Source of the DNA: Trichoplax adhaerens
Taxonomy: Eukaryota > Animalia > Placozoa
Length of the DNA stretch: 64,000 nucleotides
Direction: 5' to 3'
Assembly: GCF_000150275.1 (NCBI RefSeq)
Contig: NW_002060944.1
Coordinates: 8,642,159-8,706,158, forward strand
Under the pieces are notes generated by a model that was not told where the DNA came from, ran no database searches, and saw only the letters and a list, made by a program, of their open reading frames with translations. Positions 27,045 to 39,559 of the stretch are shown in pieces (the stretch's first letter is position 1; each line of letters starts with the position of its first letter). The position numbers were made by a program, and so were the translations under genes.

Positions 27045-27849
27045 TCAAATGGACCCACCGTTCGAGGAGTTATATTCATGTTGGAATTGCATTACGAGAA
27101 AATAATCTTTGTTGCTTATAATGTGTCTAGGCTACGATCGCTAGTACAGTTAACCGCAAGTCACGTTTGTGATATCTGATACGTTCAGTGTGTTAGCATT
27201 ATGTTCTAGTTGTATATTTTAATATTAATATTTACTATTAGAAAACTTTGAAAACTATAAGTTTTGCAATAGAGATGTCTGCATGATACGCAGTTAAATG
27301 CACACAATTTTGTATATAGTATGGAAACCTATAGTCTACTGTTATCATGGTATATTTATAAATGTTTCAAGCTAGTTACAAGGTATGTAGCTTAGTCGAT
27401 TGCACAGCTAAAACCCTTTATCTTTTATCTCACTTAATCTCTTAGCAACTTTTTAATCGGAGTGTTTAGATGATAAATATATTAATGACATCTTGCCATA
27501 AGACTATCCGACTTACACTTGATATGGAAACTTCATTTATGTTAGCATTGCATAAGGATAAATCTTAATAAAAGCGTCAAGTTACAATGGACTTGCTATT
27601 TGTGATTTATCAACACTATTTACGTTATAGTTGATTGATGTAAGAGATCTTGCAATCACAAACAATTCTATTGCAACATAGGTTATCAATTTATTAAATG
27701 TTATGAAACTGATCTTTCAACACAGTAATAGCAATACAATAAATGTGTAATAAAAGCGTTTATGTTACAATAAAAGCATTACTGTCAGATATGCATTACG
27801 GTTATATTATTACGGAATGGGGACTTTATTGAAAATATATATATGTACT

Positions 27850-29340
27850 TTAACGGAAATCTTCAGCGCTGAACATGCCCTGTAAGATAGCAGAAAAAAG
27901 CAGTGATTAAAACTTTACAGCTTCTATGTAATTGCAATGACTATCGACAATGTGCTTTCAGAAAATACCTAATCAGTTAGTAATTGAACTATGATGTACA
28001 GTAAGTACTGTGTTGATTGGGCACAGGTAAGTGCTGTACGTACTGTAAATATTCATTGAAATTGTAATGTACACTACTTGGGATATCTTTATTTAAAATT
28101 GAAGATAACTGGCGTATAGAAGTAATGGCCAGTGTAACATTGGTCATGACAAATCATTTATAATTAGAATTACTGCGTCTTGGATAAATGATTTAAATTA
28201 CCTTGGCCCTTTTCAAGATAGAGTCTTTCGAAGGATCGTACGGCTGATTTTTAGACGGGATCTCTAAAACAGCAGGTATCGATTCTCGGTGTTTATCTAT
28301 TAGGTGACGAATCTCGTCGGCAATCTAAGAAAATGGATAGATATCATCAAACATCGACTCTTATTCGACAACATAATTTTCTTGCAGAGTAAAGCGAGAG
28401 TAGCAATACCATATTTAGCGATAGAATACGTTTGATGATAACGGTAATAGCATAGACAAAATTATTATGCCACCATATGTCAAGTCATGGTATAAGGACA
28501 TTAAAGGAATAGTTGAATTTAGGACAGGTTGCGCACTTAACAGAGTAGTCATACGATTACAGGTAGTACGATAACTTTGTAACTATCCAGATAGGTAAAT
28601 TAATCAAAGTATTTTAGCCATACTGAATAGGAATATATCACCAATTGAAGACACCGAAGCCAATGTCATACCAATTTACCGGTACCATATGTAGGAATAA
28701 AATTATCAAATTATCTGCTATTACAAGTGAGCGCCTATCGTACTGTATGATATGACGATGCGGCTACTCTTAGCGCCGTTCATGCATGATAACATGAATA
28801 TAAAGAAATGCTAGCCTTCTTTAGACTACATAGACATCATCCGGTAAAATAATACGGAATGAGCCATCTTAGGCTCAAGTACTTTCGCCATGTTGAACTA
28901 GTTCTATGTCATTAATACTGTGATGATACGAATCATTGTAGCGAGACAGTACTTACATGTTGGTTGATCATAATGATGGCAATATCATTTCTCCCCAAGA
29001 AATGCTTGAAAGCTTCTTCTATTTCACCCAGTGTACTATCTGAAAATGGTAAAGAATAATAACATCCATTCAGCTCCCCCCATTCCATCTATATTCGTAT
29101 CATTTGATCAACTACCTTTTCGAACAACAAAGAAGTTCTTCTGACGTTTGGCATTTACTTCGCCAACACCGCCCAGTAAAAATCCTGTACATGTGTCCTA
29201 AAAGGGTCAAAATAAAGAGTGCTCAGATTGCCATGATGCATTCTTCTGCCTTAAACCGTTTTAATCCCTACCTCATCACCAACAACTGCTAAAAGTCTTC
29301 CTGGTTTTACTGCACGACCGTGAGGAATAGGAGCAGCCAT
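27850..29340 (-). CDS. ATP6V1F: V-type proton ATPase subunit F, 5 exons, ~128 aa
   Basis: Exons 29340-29272, 29197-29116, 29039-28957, 28324-28202, 27879-27850. Spliced protein: ..[85 protein letters not shown]. Confidence 0.97.
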
Positions 29341-29700
29341 GATAGCAAACAGCGATCTATCGTCAACCAAAGTGGGCTGTCGAATGAGTCTCCAATGGCA
29401 TCAATCCACCACCAGCTTGACTGACTAGCACAGTACAGTACTCAGTATAGAGAAAAAGGGGCTGCCATCCGATGTCCATCACGTGATGCTCTACCTATCC
29501 GGTCCAGTCCGGTCCGGTACAGTACGTTTACAGTATTGCCATCTCTTTGGTAGACGCCGATTGTACACGGTACAGTACTGTACCGCACTATACCGTACCG
29601 TCCCGTGCCGTACCGTACTAGAAGTCGCTGAATTCAAGGGCCTGGGAGAACATACGGTACTACGGTCGCAAAGAGCTTGCAAACCAACCTTCTATTGCAA
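29341..29700 (-). promoter_or_regulatory. ATP6V1F promoter island with CLEAR-type E-box and GTAC palindromic arrays
   Basis: Palindrome CATCACGTGATG 29477-29488, perfect 18-bp palindrome CGGTACAGTACTGTACCG 29568-29585, and CCGTAC/CCGGTC runs. Confidence 0.65.
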
Positions 29701-29826
29701 GTCCAAGACTTCAATACCGTGAATACTCTATAGTTTTGCAATAAACTCAAGGTATTGTATGCGTAGTCTACTGACAAAGTAACCTCAAGGTATCAGTCCT
29801 ATTACTTACAGTACTACTGTCGTCAT

Positions 29827-30403
29827 GGACTCATGGACCACCAGAAGAAGGCCAACGATGGACTTCTTGTAGTCCATCCTTACTCTACTGTCGATGTAGT
29901 ATAAATAATTATAAATAAATTAATTAATCAATCGTTGGAAAGGTTTCAAACCTAACCCCCAAACCCTAGTTGCAATTTCTTTTCACAGCTGAAAATATGG
30001 CAAGCCAATAATATACACGGACTCATGGATCACAAGAAGAAGCCCGAGGCTGGGCTTGTTCTTGCAGTCCATCCTTACTCTACTGTCGATGTAGTATAAA
30101 TAATTATAAATAAATTAATTAATCAATCGTTGGAAAGGTTTCAAACCTAACCCCCAAACCCTAGTTGCAATTTCTTTTCACAGCTGAAAATATGGCAAGC
30201 CAATAATATACACGGACTCATGGATCACAAGAAGAAGCCCGAGGCTGGGCTTGTTCTTGTAGTCCATCCTTACTCTACTGTCGATGTAGTATAAATAATT
30301 GTAAATTAATGAATCAATCGTTAGAAAGGTCTCAAACCTAACTCCCAAACCCTAGTTGCAATTTCTTTTCACAGCTGAAAATATGGTAAGCCAATAATAC
30401 ACA
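29827..30403. repeat. Tandem array, 3 units of ~192/195/190 bp, upstream of ATP6V1F
   Basis: Units start GGACTCATGGA at 29827, 30019, 30214. Near-identical bodies include AGTCCATCCTTACTCTACTGTCGATGTAGTATAAAT and AAACCTAACCCCCAAACCCTAGTTGCAATTTCTTTTCACAG. Confidence 0.95.
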
Positions 30404-30900
30404 CTCTTTATTATATACTGCACAACAGCAGTGTGCTGTATTGAAATCATGCAAGGTTTCCAACCTAAATTAAATCGTGATCAAGTGGAACGAGGTGGAA
30501 CTGTAACTACTACCACCATGGATTGTAGCGCAGTCTTTCGGATAATATTTTCCTTTAATGAACAGCTGCAAATTACAAGTAAATGGACTAATGGCAATAG
30601 TAAATAATGCCTTTACCCTGTATCCGACTTATAAAAACGGAATAGTAAGGATATACGGTAAAATTCTCAATGAAATCCATTTTGCTTATAGGTCTACAAA
30701 ATACCAAGAGTTAATGCAATCTTGTGCCTACGTGATACGTGCGGCAGCCGTCTCAATGCTATATACAGTAATGGAACTATCCAAAGTAATAAATAATACT
30801 CTAACTAATAACCTCCCACCTAAAAAAATAGATCAGCTTAAAATAAGCGGCAAAACCCAAAGCAAAAACCTTCAATATTTCAGGTCTCAGCTGTATAGGA

Positions 30901-31085
30901 ATGTTACGGTAAACACCTAAACTCAATAATATGGGAATAATCCGTATAGTAAACAGCATTAATCACCAATTTCGATAGCTCCGATATTATTGCAAATAAT
31001 ATCGAAACTATCTGAATCGGTGGGAATACCCGTTGCTATCCGGATAATTCCCATATTATTGAATTTCTGGTATTAGCCGTAACAT
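30901..31085. repeat. Long imperfect inverted repeat / fold-back element (~91 bp arms, 2-3 nt loop)
   Basis: ATGTTACGG..TCAATAATATGGGAA..TCCG..CGATATTATT-GC-AAATAATATCG..CGGA..TTCCCATATTATTGA..CCGTAACAT. Arms align by eye at roughly 75-80% identity. Confidence 0.85.
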
Positions 31086-31914
31086 GGATACGGACAAATG
31101 GCAAGGTCGACCAATGTGAATTACTTATAAACTATGCAGTGCTGTGAATATATCAGTTATATGAATAGATAGGCTGTCTTCAAATACCGCAATAAGAAAG
31201 ATTATATCCTACGTACCTTACCATTATTTATATTAAATACCGTATACAGTATATTACAGTATTTAAAATGAATATGGCTAATTATTCTGTACTATTCGAT
31301 TATAAAGTAATTATTATTGGTAAAAGGTTGGTTTGGTAGCGCTTTGTTGATTGAATTGTAATAATAGTATTGACCATAAGGCAACAACTGGACTACTTTT
31401 TAACATCAGTTCCCTACCATGACTAAAATAACTAAGTAAATACGCTTCTCTCTATTGAAAAGTACAGTATGACATCATTTACAAGGACATTGACCCACCA
31501 TGAACTTAATGGATGGTTTAGTATACAAACATGACATAGTTGTAATAATTCAGTTGACGACATATGGATCTTCAGTTTAAATTAAACCTATATTTCGCCT
31601 GATATTAATCGTGCTATAACAGTAGATGTACATTATAGCAATCGGGTAGTAAAGGCAGACTTTAATCATTACTTCATCGCTAAGATTTATCTAATCAGAT
31701 TCTAACTGTACTTAATAGTTAGCAATTTATTGGCATGATTTACATGATTACTGCAAATCGTTATTCTCCTTCTATTTAATTGACCGGTGAATTAGAAAAA
31801 TCGTGTATTGAAAGCAAGCGCTCTACGGCAAGTTGTATATCTGGCATTCAATCTTGCGAATATAGCAGTTCAACGTTTTATCAATTTCATATATCTTCGG
31901 CCAACTGATAAGCC

Positions 31915-34900
31915 ATGCTACGATATCAAACTTTCACTACTCTCATTTTACTATCATACCTGATTTGGGCACAACTATTTTTGGTAGCTGTATGTCAAAG
32001 TCCATGCCAAGGTATTACTCGTCTAGAACTTGATGATGATAATCCTGCTATCTCTATCAATTCACCAAGTTATCCAGCCAACTACAAGCATCCTGTAAAC
32101 TGTCAGTGGATAATTCATCAGTCTAATCGTACCAATCGAATTAAACTAGAATTTGATATGATTCACATTGCTCATAGCAATATATCCTCCAAGAATCATT
32201 CCATCGGCTTTATGAACAACAGATGCAAAAGACAGTATATACAGGTTGTGGATATTTTTGCTGTACCTCATTTAGTAGGTAAATTTTGCGGCAATCAAGT
32301 TCCATCACCAATCATTTCGGCAGGCAGTGTATTACGAGTTCAGTTTGTGAGCAGAAATAGTCAATCTAAGTTTAAAGCCACTGCGTCAAGCACGGAGTAA
32401 GTTTATCTCTTGTTATGCTTCATTTAGATTAAACTAGATTGTTTATTGATTATGAGGGTTTCATATACTGTTATACTAAAAGCAGGTGAGAGAGTTGTGA
32501 TCATTACGATTAAGTTCTGCAGTTTATCTATCAACATAGGCTATTAAACAACCAAGGATGTTAATTGTTCCAAATGCTGAAGCAAAGCGTCGGCGATAGA
32601 GTAAATCTCACAATAAGAAGCGTAGTCTTCATTTAACTCTTGTATCAAAAGATACTCAGACTTCCACTGCTTTCGCTATAATACATGTTTTTCACTTAGC
32701 AGAAGAATATATATATTAGATTAGTTATTTTAATACTAATACTCCGTTATTAGCATATCAAGAATATTACATCTAATATAGAATGCAATAGTGTATTAGT
32801 GACGCATCTAATTCCGTAACTTCTATCAGTCAAGCTATAGACGTTAAAATACTGTATACATTGTACGCTAAAATCTCATTCTATTTTATAGTTTGTGGTA
32901 ACTTGTGCTCTAGTTGCTATATTGCTATCATCACCCTTTGATGTCATTTTATGATTAGCCAGATTTTCGTTTGCTACTTAGAGATATAGCTTAAATAAAA
33001 TCTTACAAAGTTATTGACACAATTCTGAAAATTGACAGGTATTACTAGAATAATTACGATATTAAAATTTTTGCGATTGATATCATCACCAGCATGATGT
33101 CACGCATATACAGTATACAATCAGTATAATATAACTCAAATTATATCCAGACTCTGATATATTGTAACAGTAATATTAATCTGAATTGCAGCTAAGGGTC
33201 AAAGTTAGTCTACATACGCTTATAAAACGGTCATCTATAGATGTGATTTACCGATACTTTCATTATACTATTTGTTCGTCAGATAGAAGTGCAACGATTT
33301 CAATGGGGCTGTTAGTTTACGTATAAAGTACCTGGTAGTTCCTCAATCATATTCGCAAATAGAAAAATGGAACTAAAAATTGTTTTACTTCTCACTGGAA
33401 TTTAGGGAATACTGTGGAACACATAAAAAAATGGCTACAACTTCTGTCGAATTATTGTCCTCCCCTAAATATTCCAATCCTTATCCCTCTAATGCGAGAT
33501 GTTATTGGAAACTGCAGGTAACGAGCACTTTACATCATGTAGGATTACAATTCGCATAGGCATTATCAACTGAGTGCACTACTGAAGTTAATCTATTAGA
33601 TATTGTATAAGTAATTACTGCTTACAGTCGGAACTAAAGATTACCTAGTACGTTTCATGAATTTTAGATTTTTCATAAAGTCGAAATTATGGGTAAATAT
33701 TGATAAAGCTAATCCAATGTTTTTACTAATATTACTGCACTAGGCTGCGCCAAATCATGTTATTCTCTTGGATTTCATGGATATTCATTTGCAAGACAGT
33801 ACTAATTGTGAGAAAGATGGCATAACAATCTATAATGGAGGAGGATTGTCTGCACCACTACTAGGCGTAATTTGTGGTGTTAATACCGATAATGTTAAAC
33901 CATCCATGGTTTCTACATCTAATCAAATGTTTATTGCCTTTAAGTCAGGTAAGGCGATTAGATAAAGTATGCCACTAAAATTATAAATCAAAGTAGAGTT
34001 ATAGCAATACCATAGCATCTATAGCTATTGATCTCTTTGAATAGGTATCAAGTCATTTAAATGATAACATCATAATCGGATTAAAATTTTATAAAATAAT
34101 TTTATTTTTGAAAAGTACGTTCAATAGTTATCGGCTAGTTTAATGATATTAATTATAATTAGCGATCATCAAAGGAATCATATATTATTATGGCCCAGTA
34201 TTAAAGTTATGCTATTACTTTCAGTTTAGTCGTCTCAGTAGAGCTTTAAATCAATAAACTACTTGGATATCAAGTTATAAACAAAGATAACATTTCATAC
34301 TAAATCAGAGTTTGCACGAGTTAAAGCTTTAATTGCTAATAAAACTTGTTGTAGTGGCTAAATTTATAAATAGTCTTTTACTAACAGCCATAGTCTAAGC
34401 AGATTTTATGATATATTGTATCAACATAAATTTCTTAATTGTCATATAGTTTTTATGATGAGTACAATGTATATACGATAATCCTCGCCATAATAAAATT
34501 AAAATAATATTCATTCAATTGAAACAAAGATCATCAACTTACGCAACATTTAAGCTTAATAAAATTAAATTATTAAAAGTAATACCACTATAAAGAATTA
34601 CTATACGTGAACTTTGTCAAATTATTAATTTAAGAATCGTACCAGTGCTAGCGAGCTACAGTTTTGAGATTATAGCATTTAAAGGGCAATGTTTGATGAA
34701 AATTAAAGGCTAATCTTTACATTATCTTAATACTAGACTTGAAGTATTAAATATGATTTAATGATGTTTTAATGCTAAATTATTTAAATTATTTTTTAAG
34801 TTTACAATCAATATTCGCCTAATCCGAATTTAAAACTTAACTTTTAGATGATACTGAGCCAACTTATAACGGGTTTAGTGCTTACTATGTTGCAAGAAAA

Positions 34901-35663
34901 GTTGAATATTGTGATAACGTTACCACAATTATTAGCGAAGATACGGTACTATCTACGCCAGGATATCCAGATGGCTATTCTGGTAAAAGCAATTGTTATA
35001 ATCAATGGCTAGTTCAGGTTTGCTCTACAAGTACAGCAATATATGACGCCTAGAAATGTCATAGGATTACAATTACCTGCTGTTATTACTTAGGCTCCAA
35101 AAATAGACGATACTATCAAGATTTCTATGGCTGACATTGTATTGCCACCTAACATTCCATGTGTAAATTGTTATATGAGAATTTTTGATGGTCCAGACAG
35201 TAATTCCAAAATCTTAGCAACAATTTGCTCTGCAACTTTAGCAGACGAATATACTTCTTCAACCAATGAATTGTATATTGAATTTTACACAGGTTTTCTA
35301 TAATTTTTATTTAATAAAAGTATGATTGCTATGATCTTTATTGCACTACGCGAATTGAAGCTTATTTTGCCATTATTTTTAGCTTTTCCTTGGACAGGCA
35401 ATAGTGGAATTGCTGCTAATATTTCTATTATCGAAATCCCCGAAGTTCAGCATCCTAATGGTAATCATAGCAATCATCATCCAGACGATCATATTCCAAA
35501 TGGATCTGGCTATAATCCAGCTGGAGCAATTGCAGTTTTCGTTAGTATCGTTTTAATGACAGTCATCGTATACGTAACAAATAAATATAAAATAAGATGC
35601 TCTAGAAATAGGAGACGAAGAGGATCTGATCATTTTGCATTAGTGAACGAAATGGATACATAA
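31915..35663 (+). CDS. Type I membrane protein with signal peptide and three CUB domains, 6 exons, ~482 aa
   Basis: Exons 31915-32396, 33406-33517, 33744-33948, 34848-35017, 35094-35292, 35383-35663, phases consistent. CUB motifs SPSYPANY..CQW, SPKYSNPYPSNARCYW, TPGYPDGY..QW; GKFCG, GVICG, ATICS; then a His-rich linker, TM (AIAVFVSIVLMTVIVYV) and a basic stop-transfer tail. Confidence 0.9.
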
Positions 35664-38012
35664 TGGAATAGTCCTATCTACAATCATTTCATCCTCAACG
35701 CTCATAATGCGTATAACTGTCAGAGTAACGTTTACAAATATTTATCGATACATTTAGTTGTACCTCAATTTTTTACTGCATTTCTACTAAATGCCTGATA
35801 CATTACATTACGTAGTACATGTATTAATCTCATTTTAGAAGCTACTATCTACTTAAACCTTCTATTGCAAAAGACACAACAAATATTAGCATGGCAAATT
35901 AGTATACGATTGACATTATTTATAGTTAATATGTTGCAACATGAAAGATGTCTTAAAATTTACCGGATATTAATTCATTAATAATAAAATTGTAATTCAG
36001 TATTTAATGACGATACTGTTACTTTCCTATTGCACCTAGTTCATGAGTTCTCAAGGAATTAATTTTCTGATAACTTTATAAAAATTAAAATTTGTTGCAA
36101 TCGATATATGCATATGATCTATTACAAAGAACTAAATTTTCATTAAATTTCAACATAAAAAATGAATAAATATCAATAAAACATGCGATCATCAAATAGC
36201 TAATACATTATACTGCATAGTAATATGATTCAATTAAAATATAGGAACGATATTTTAATGAAATTTAGTTATTAATTCATATTGGTTCAAGTTTACAACT
36301 CCGAAAGGTCGAAGGTTATGAGCAACAACTTAGCTCACTCTAATCCAAACCAACAGAAGCTAGATTTTAAATTCTCCGGTATTGACGAAATACCCAGCGC
36401 AATTGTTTTCTTTTTACACTTACAGTATATACGACGTTATGCTAGTTCACTGATAATTTTCTAACCCAAGGTTACTGTTGGTTGCCTTCGATTTTATCTG
36501 GTTATTCAAACTGCTGCAGTACTGAGTCTGATAATAACAATCTAAAAATTAGTTGCTTAATTACTGTACAATTATTTAATAGCTTGGCCTTTTAATTTGT
36601 AATGACTACCAGTATAATGTTTACATTAATAAATTGTTCTCTCCGTAGAGGTTTTTCTAGTTTTCTATTTTGTTCATAGCGATATAGGTGTGCAGAAAAT
36701 TTTCTCAACCTGCTAATTAATTTTTCAATACGGTACTTAAGTTGATTATCAGATGAGAGTGTAGAGCCAGACTAATTTTATAACAGTTTATATAATTTAG
36801 CATACTAGAAAAAAAGTCCTAAATGAGTTTTGGTTTGGACTAGAAATACTTTACATAAACGCTGCAGGTGTAAAGATTCCGACGGTTAATATGATATTCA
36901 AATTTCTGTTTTTATCAACAGCGAGTAAATTAGCTAATATGAGTATTTATCTCACTATCTACGCTTCAATTTATTTAGCTTTAAATTCCAGTTTAATTGA
37001 AATATGTTGCAAGAGATACGAATAACCTCTACCAATGGACAAGCACAACATAGTATACCATATTGGATCACGAATTTTATATATTAACATGTAATGAAAA
37101 CATCCGCTCAATGTATTAATCTTGCGGTCTAGAAATTTTTACAACAAATTAGTATGTTTAGTTATAGCATAATTTCTATATATGTAAAACAATTTGGTAG
37201 TGGTGTAAGCGAAAGTCAAATTGTTCTAAATATTTGCAGATAAAGAATATTAAATATACTAATATTAAGTCAATCTGCGTAGCCAGATAACTCTTCAGTT
37301 GTATAGTTAAATATATCATGTAGATATTTAGCGCAAAGTCTTTACCAAGCATCAAAATTAAAGTTATAACATCTCCACGATCAGTTAGCATTCTTCAACA
37401 AATCAATAAAATACGTTGATTTGAGCGCATATTTTAAGCGTGATTATATATTATGTTTAGCAGAATAAGGAATAGTATTATACAATATGCCTCAAAATTC
37501 GTACGATGTTTCATACCCTACCGTGCATGCTATATAATAAAAGCACACTTGGACGCCTATGCTATGGCTCTTACATTTGATATAAAATACAACTGTATCG
37601 ATTCACTCAGTCTCTTAAAAACTGATTAATGCGCTCGAATTAACTGTCAGCCTTATGGCGCAATGCACATTGAGATCAAAATGTAAGAATAGTAGTATAA
37701 AAATACGTACGGTAACGCCTCAAATGTTTGTTTATAAAATATTCGGAGGTATTTAGAAACGTTAAATTTTACACTATCTTATACCTCATAATAAAGAAAA
37801 GACTTTGATGTGATAAGGATCAGTAACATACGAGTATGACAATCTTGATGCTTTCTATGTCAGTAGATTCAAAGCATAATGCTGACGTTTAAATCCAATG
37901 ATTCTTGTACTATTAATAGTTCAAATTATTTACAGAACATGGTTTGCGAATTATCAACTAACAAATATTTCATGCTCATTTGAAAAATGTGGAGTTCTCC
38001 AGGAAAGATCAT

Positions 38013-38062
38013 NNNNNNNNNNNNNNNNNNNNNNNNNNNNNNNNNNNNNNNNNNNNNNNNNN
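38013..38062. other. Assembly gap (50 N)
   Basis: Run of exactly 50 N, probably a placeholder size. Confidence 0.99.
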
Positions 38063-39538
38063 CCAATATGCCTAGAAACTTTCTCAACAGATTCATTACC
38101 TAAGTGGTACCTTTCCACTAATGCCTACAAGTGCCGAATGAATATCAATTAGGTTAATTATTGTGCATTATAACAATCTTACGCTAAACTTTACCCTGCT
38201 CTGATGAGCTGTATTTGTTGTCAGTTGCTACAGTATGCTATCAACAATAATCTTTGCTACTTTTACATTTGTGATAGCACTAGATAGTGATATATTGTAA
38301 CAATAAAAATGTGAAAAGTGTAAAATGTAGTAGATTGAACGTATAGCTGCTGTATTAACATAGAATTATTAAAAGCTTAAATTATAAATCTATAGTCGTG
38401 ATTGACTATATTTCGATACATTACAGTTTAGACTCATTTAAGGTCACTAGGATATATTAAGTGAACGAGTTTATTGTTCATTCGTTCCTGCACAATTATT
38501 TTTAGCGCTGCAGCACTTATCCACATTAAGCTACAAAAATGAGTTGCGTCAAGTGCAGATTGTAATACCATTGCACGTCGTTATTGTAACACATTAATGT
38601 ACCTGATACTTTTTCGCATGGTGCAATTGGATAATATAAGATTCAGCCAGGTACTGAAGTAAATCAGATTGTTTGTTAGGAGAAGCATGTAAATTTTTTC
38701 GGTAGCAATTAATAATATATCGATAGCTTGCTAAGTCACGGTATGTTGATCCCTAAAATTATAGATAGAAAGCAAACCTACTTTATAAATTACTGCACAC
38801 TCAATATTATAACACCACAAGTTCAAGATGTAATTGTAAAAGGATAGAATAGATTAGATAAGATTAAATGAATACTTTGCAAAAGTTTGAGCTATGTCAT
38901 GAATATGACGACTGATCGTATTCGTTGATGCGATCCTATATAAAGCAACATGTCCCTAAATCGATACAGACTGTAGCAGCGAGTACATGCACACTAATGC
39001 ATACTCGATTACATGGTAGGTGTGATAATCATGATTGGCTGCACTGGTTGATGCAGTCCTCCATAACAAGTCTTTCAATCGGTACAGAAGCAGATTGCTT
39101 ACAGCTATACCGGTATGCATAGTACTTTACAGGACCAGTACTAGTTAAAGTAAATCAGTTTGAAATAAGTACTGAATTGCGTCTATTATTCCACGTTAGT
39201 TCTAATGGTAATTATTTGCATTGGATGATCTGTGGTCATTGCTCTTTGTGCTGTGCAATTACATTTAGTTATAACCGACATTTTATGATTTTTACTATGC
39301 TATCTCGTCATTATTTCTTCCATGTTCAACTGTCGCCGGTTGGATATTAGCGAACCTCACGGTTACGTGATAGTGTAAGGACTGGATACGAATCCTCAAC
39401 GTCTAGTTCCAATTCTATGACAAAAGTAGTCTATACTTCTGCTATTCAAGAAGAAAATTCTATCGCTTTTACCTTAGCATCGGCTGTCTTCATCGCATGC
39501 TGCAACTCTCTAATCAAGCATCTTAGTATGGAAGCCAT
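38063..39538 (-). CDS. FMC1: FMC1 (C7orf55-like) mitochondrial ATP synthase assembly factor, 3 exons, 3' end interrupted by assembly gap
   Basis: Exons 39538-39473 (MASILRCLIRELQHAMKTADAK), 38752-38603 (GSTYRDLASYRYIINCYRKNLHASPNKQSDLLQYLAESYIIQLHHAKKYQ), 38124-38063+ (ALVERYHLGNESVEKVSRHIG). Both introns are phase-0 GT..AG. Recognisably similar to human FMC1 as recalled (RGLLRELR..YRDTAAYRY..AATYL..SVEESAGLVG). Confidence 0.85.
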
Positions 39539-39559
39539 TTTGGAGATTTCCAACGCTTT

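Noticed and set aside
29483-29722. Overlapping ORFs rich in YSTVQYCTVPYRT (also 24174-24474, 50234-50491, 55567-55931)
   Set aside because: Artefacts of the stop-poor GTAC/TACAG promoter arrays; open on both strands with no protein-like features.
29948-29970. Telomere-like CCTAACCCCCAAACCCTAG
   Set aside because: Single degenerate copy per unit, not a (CCCTAA)n tract; better explained as a branch-point region.
30558-30920. 120-aa ORF
   Set aside because: No recognisable domain or supporting splice structure; it runs into the fold-back repeat.
37567-37690. 13-14 bp inverted repeat TCTTACATTTGAT / ATCAAAATGTAAGA
   Set aside because: Short and AT-rich, with no clear TSD or extended pairing; insufficient to call a MITE.
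39340-39410. tRNA-like GGATACGAATCC in FMC1 intron 1
   Set aside because: No cloverleaf, acceptor stem or proper TTC T-loop.
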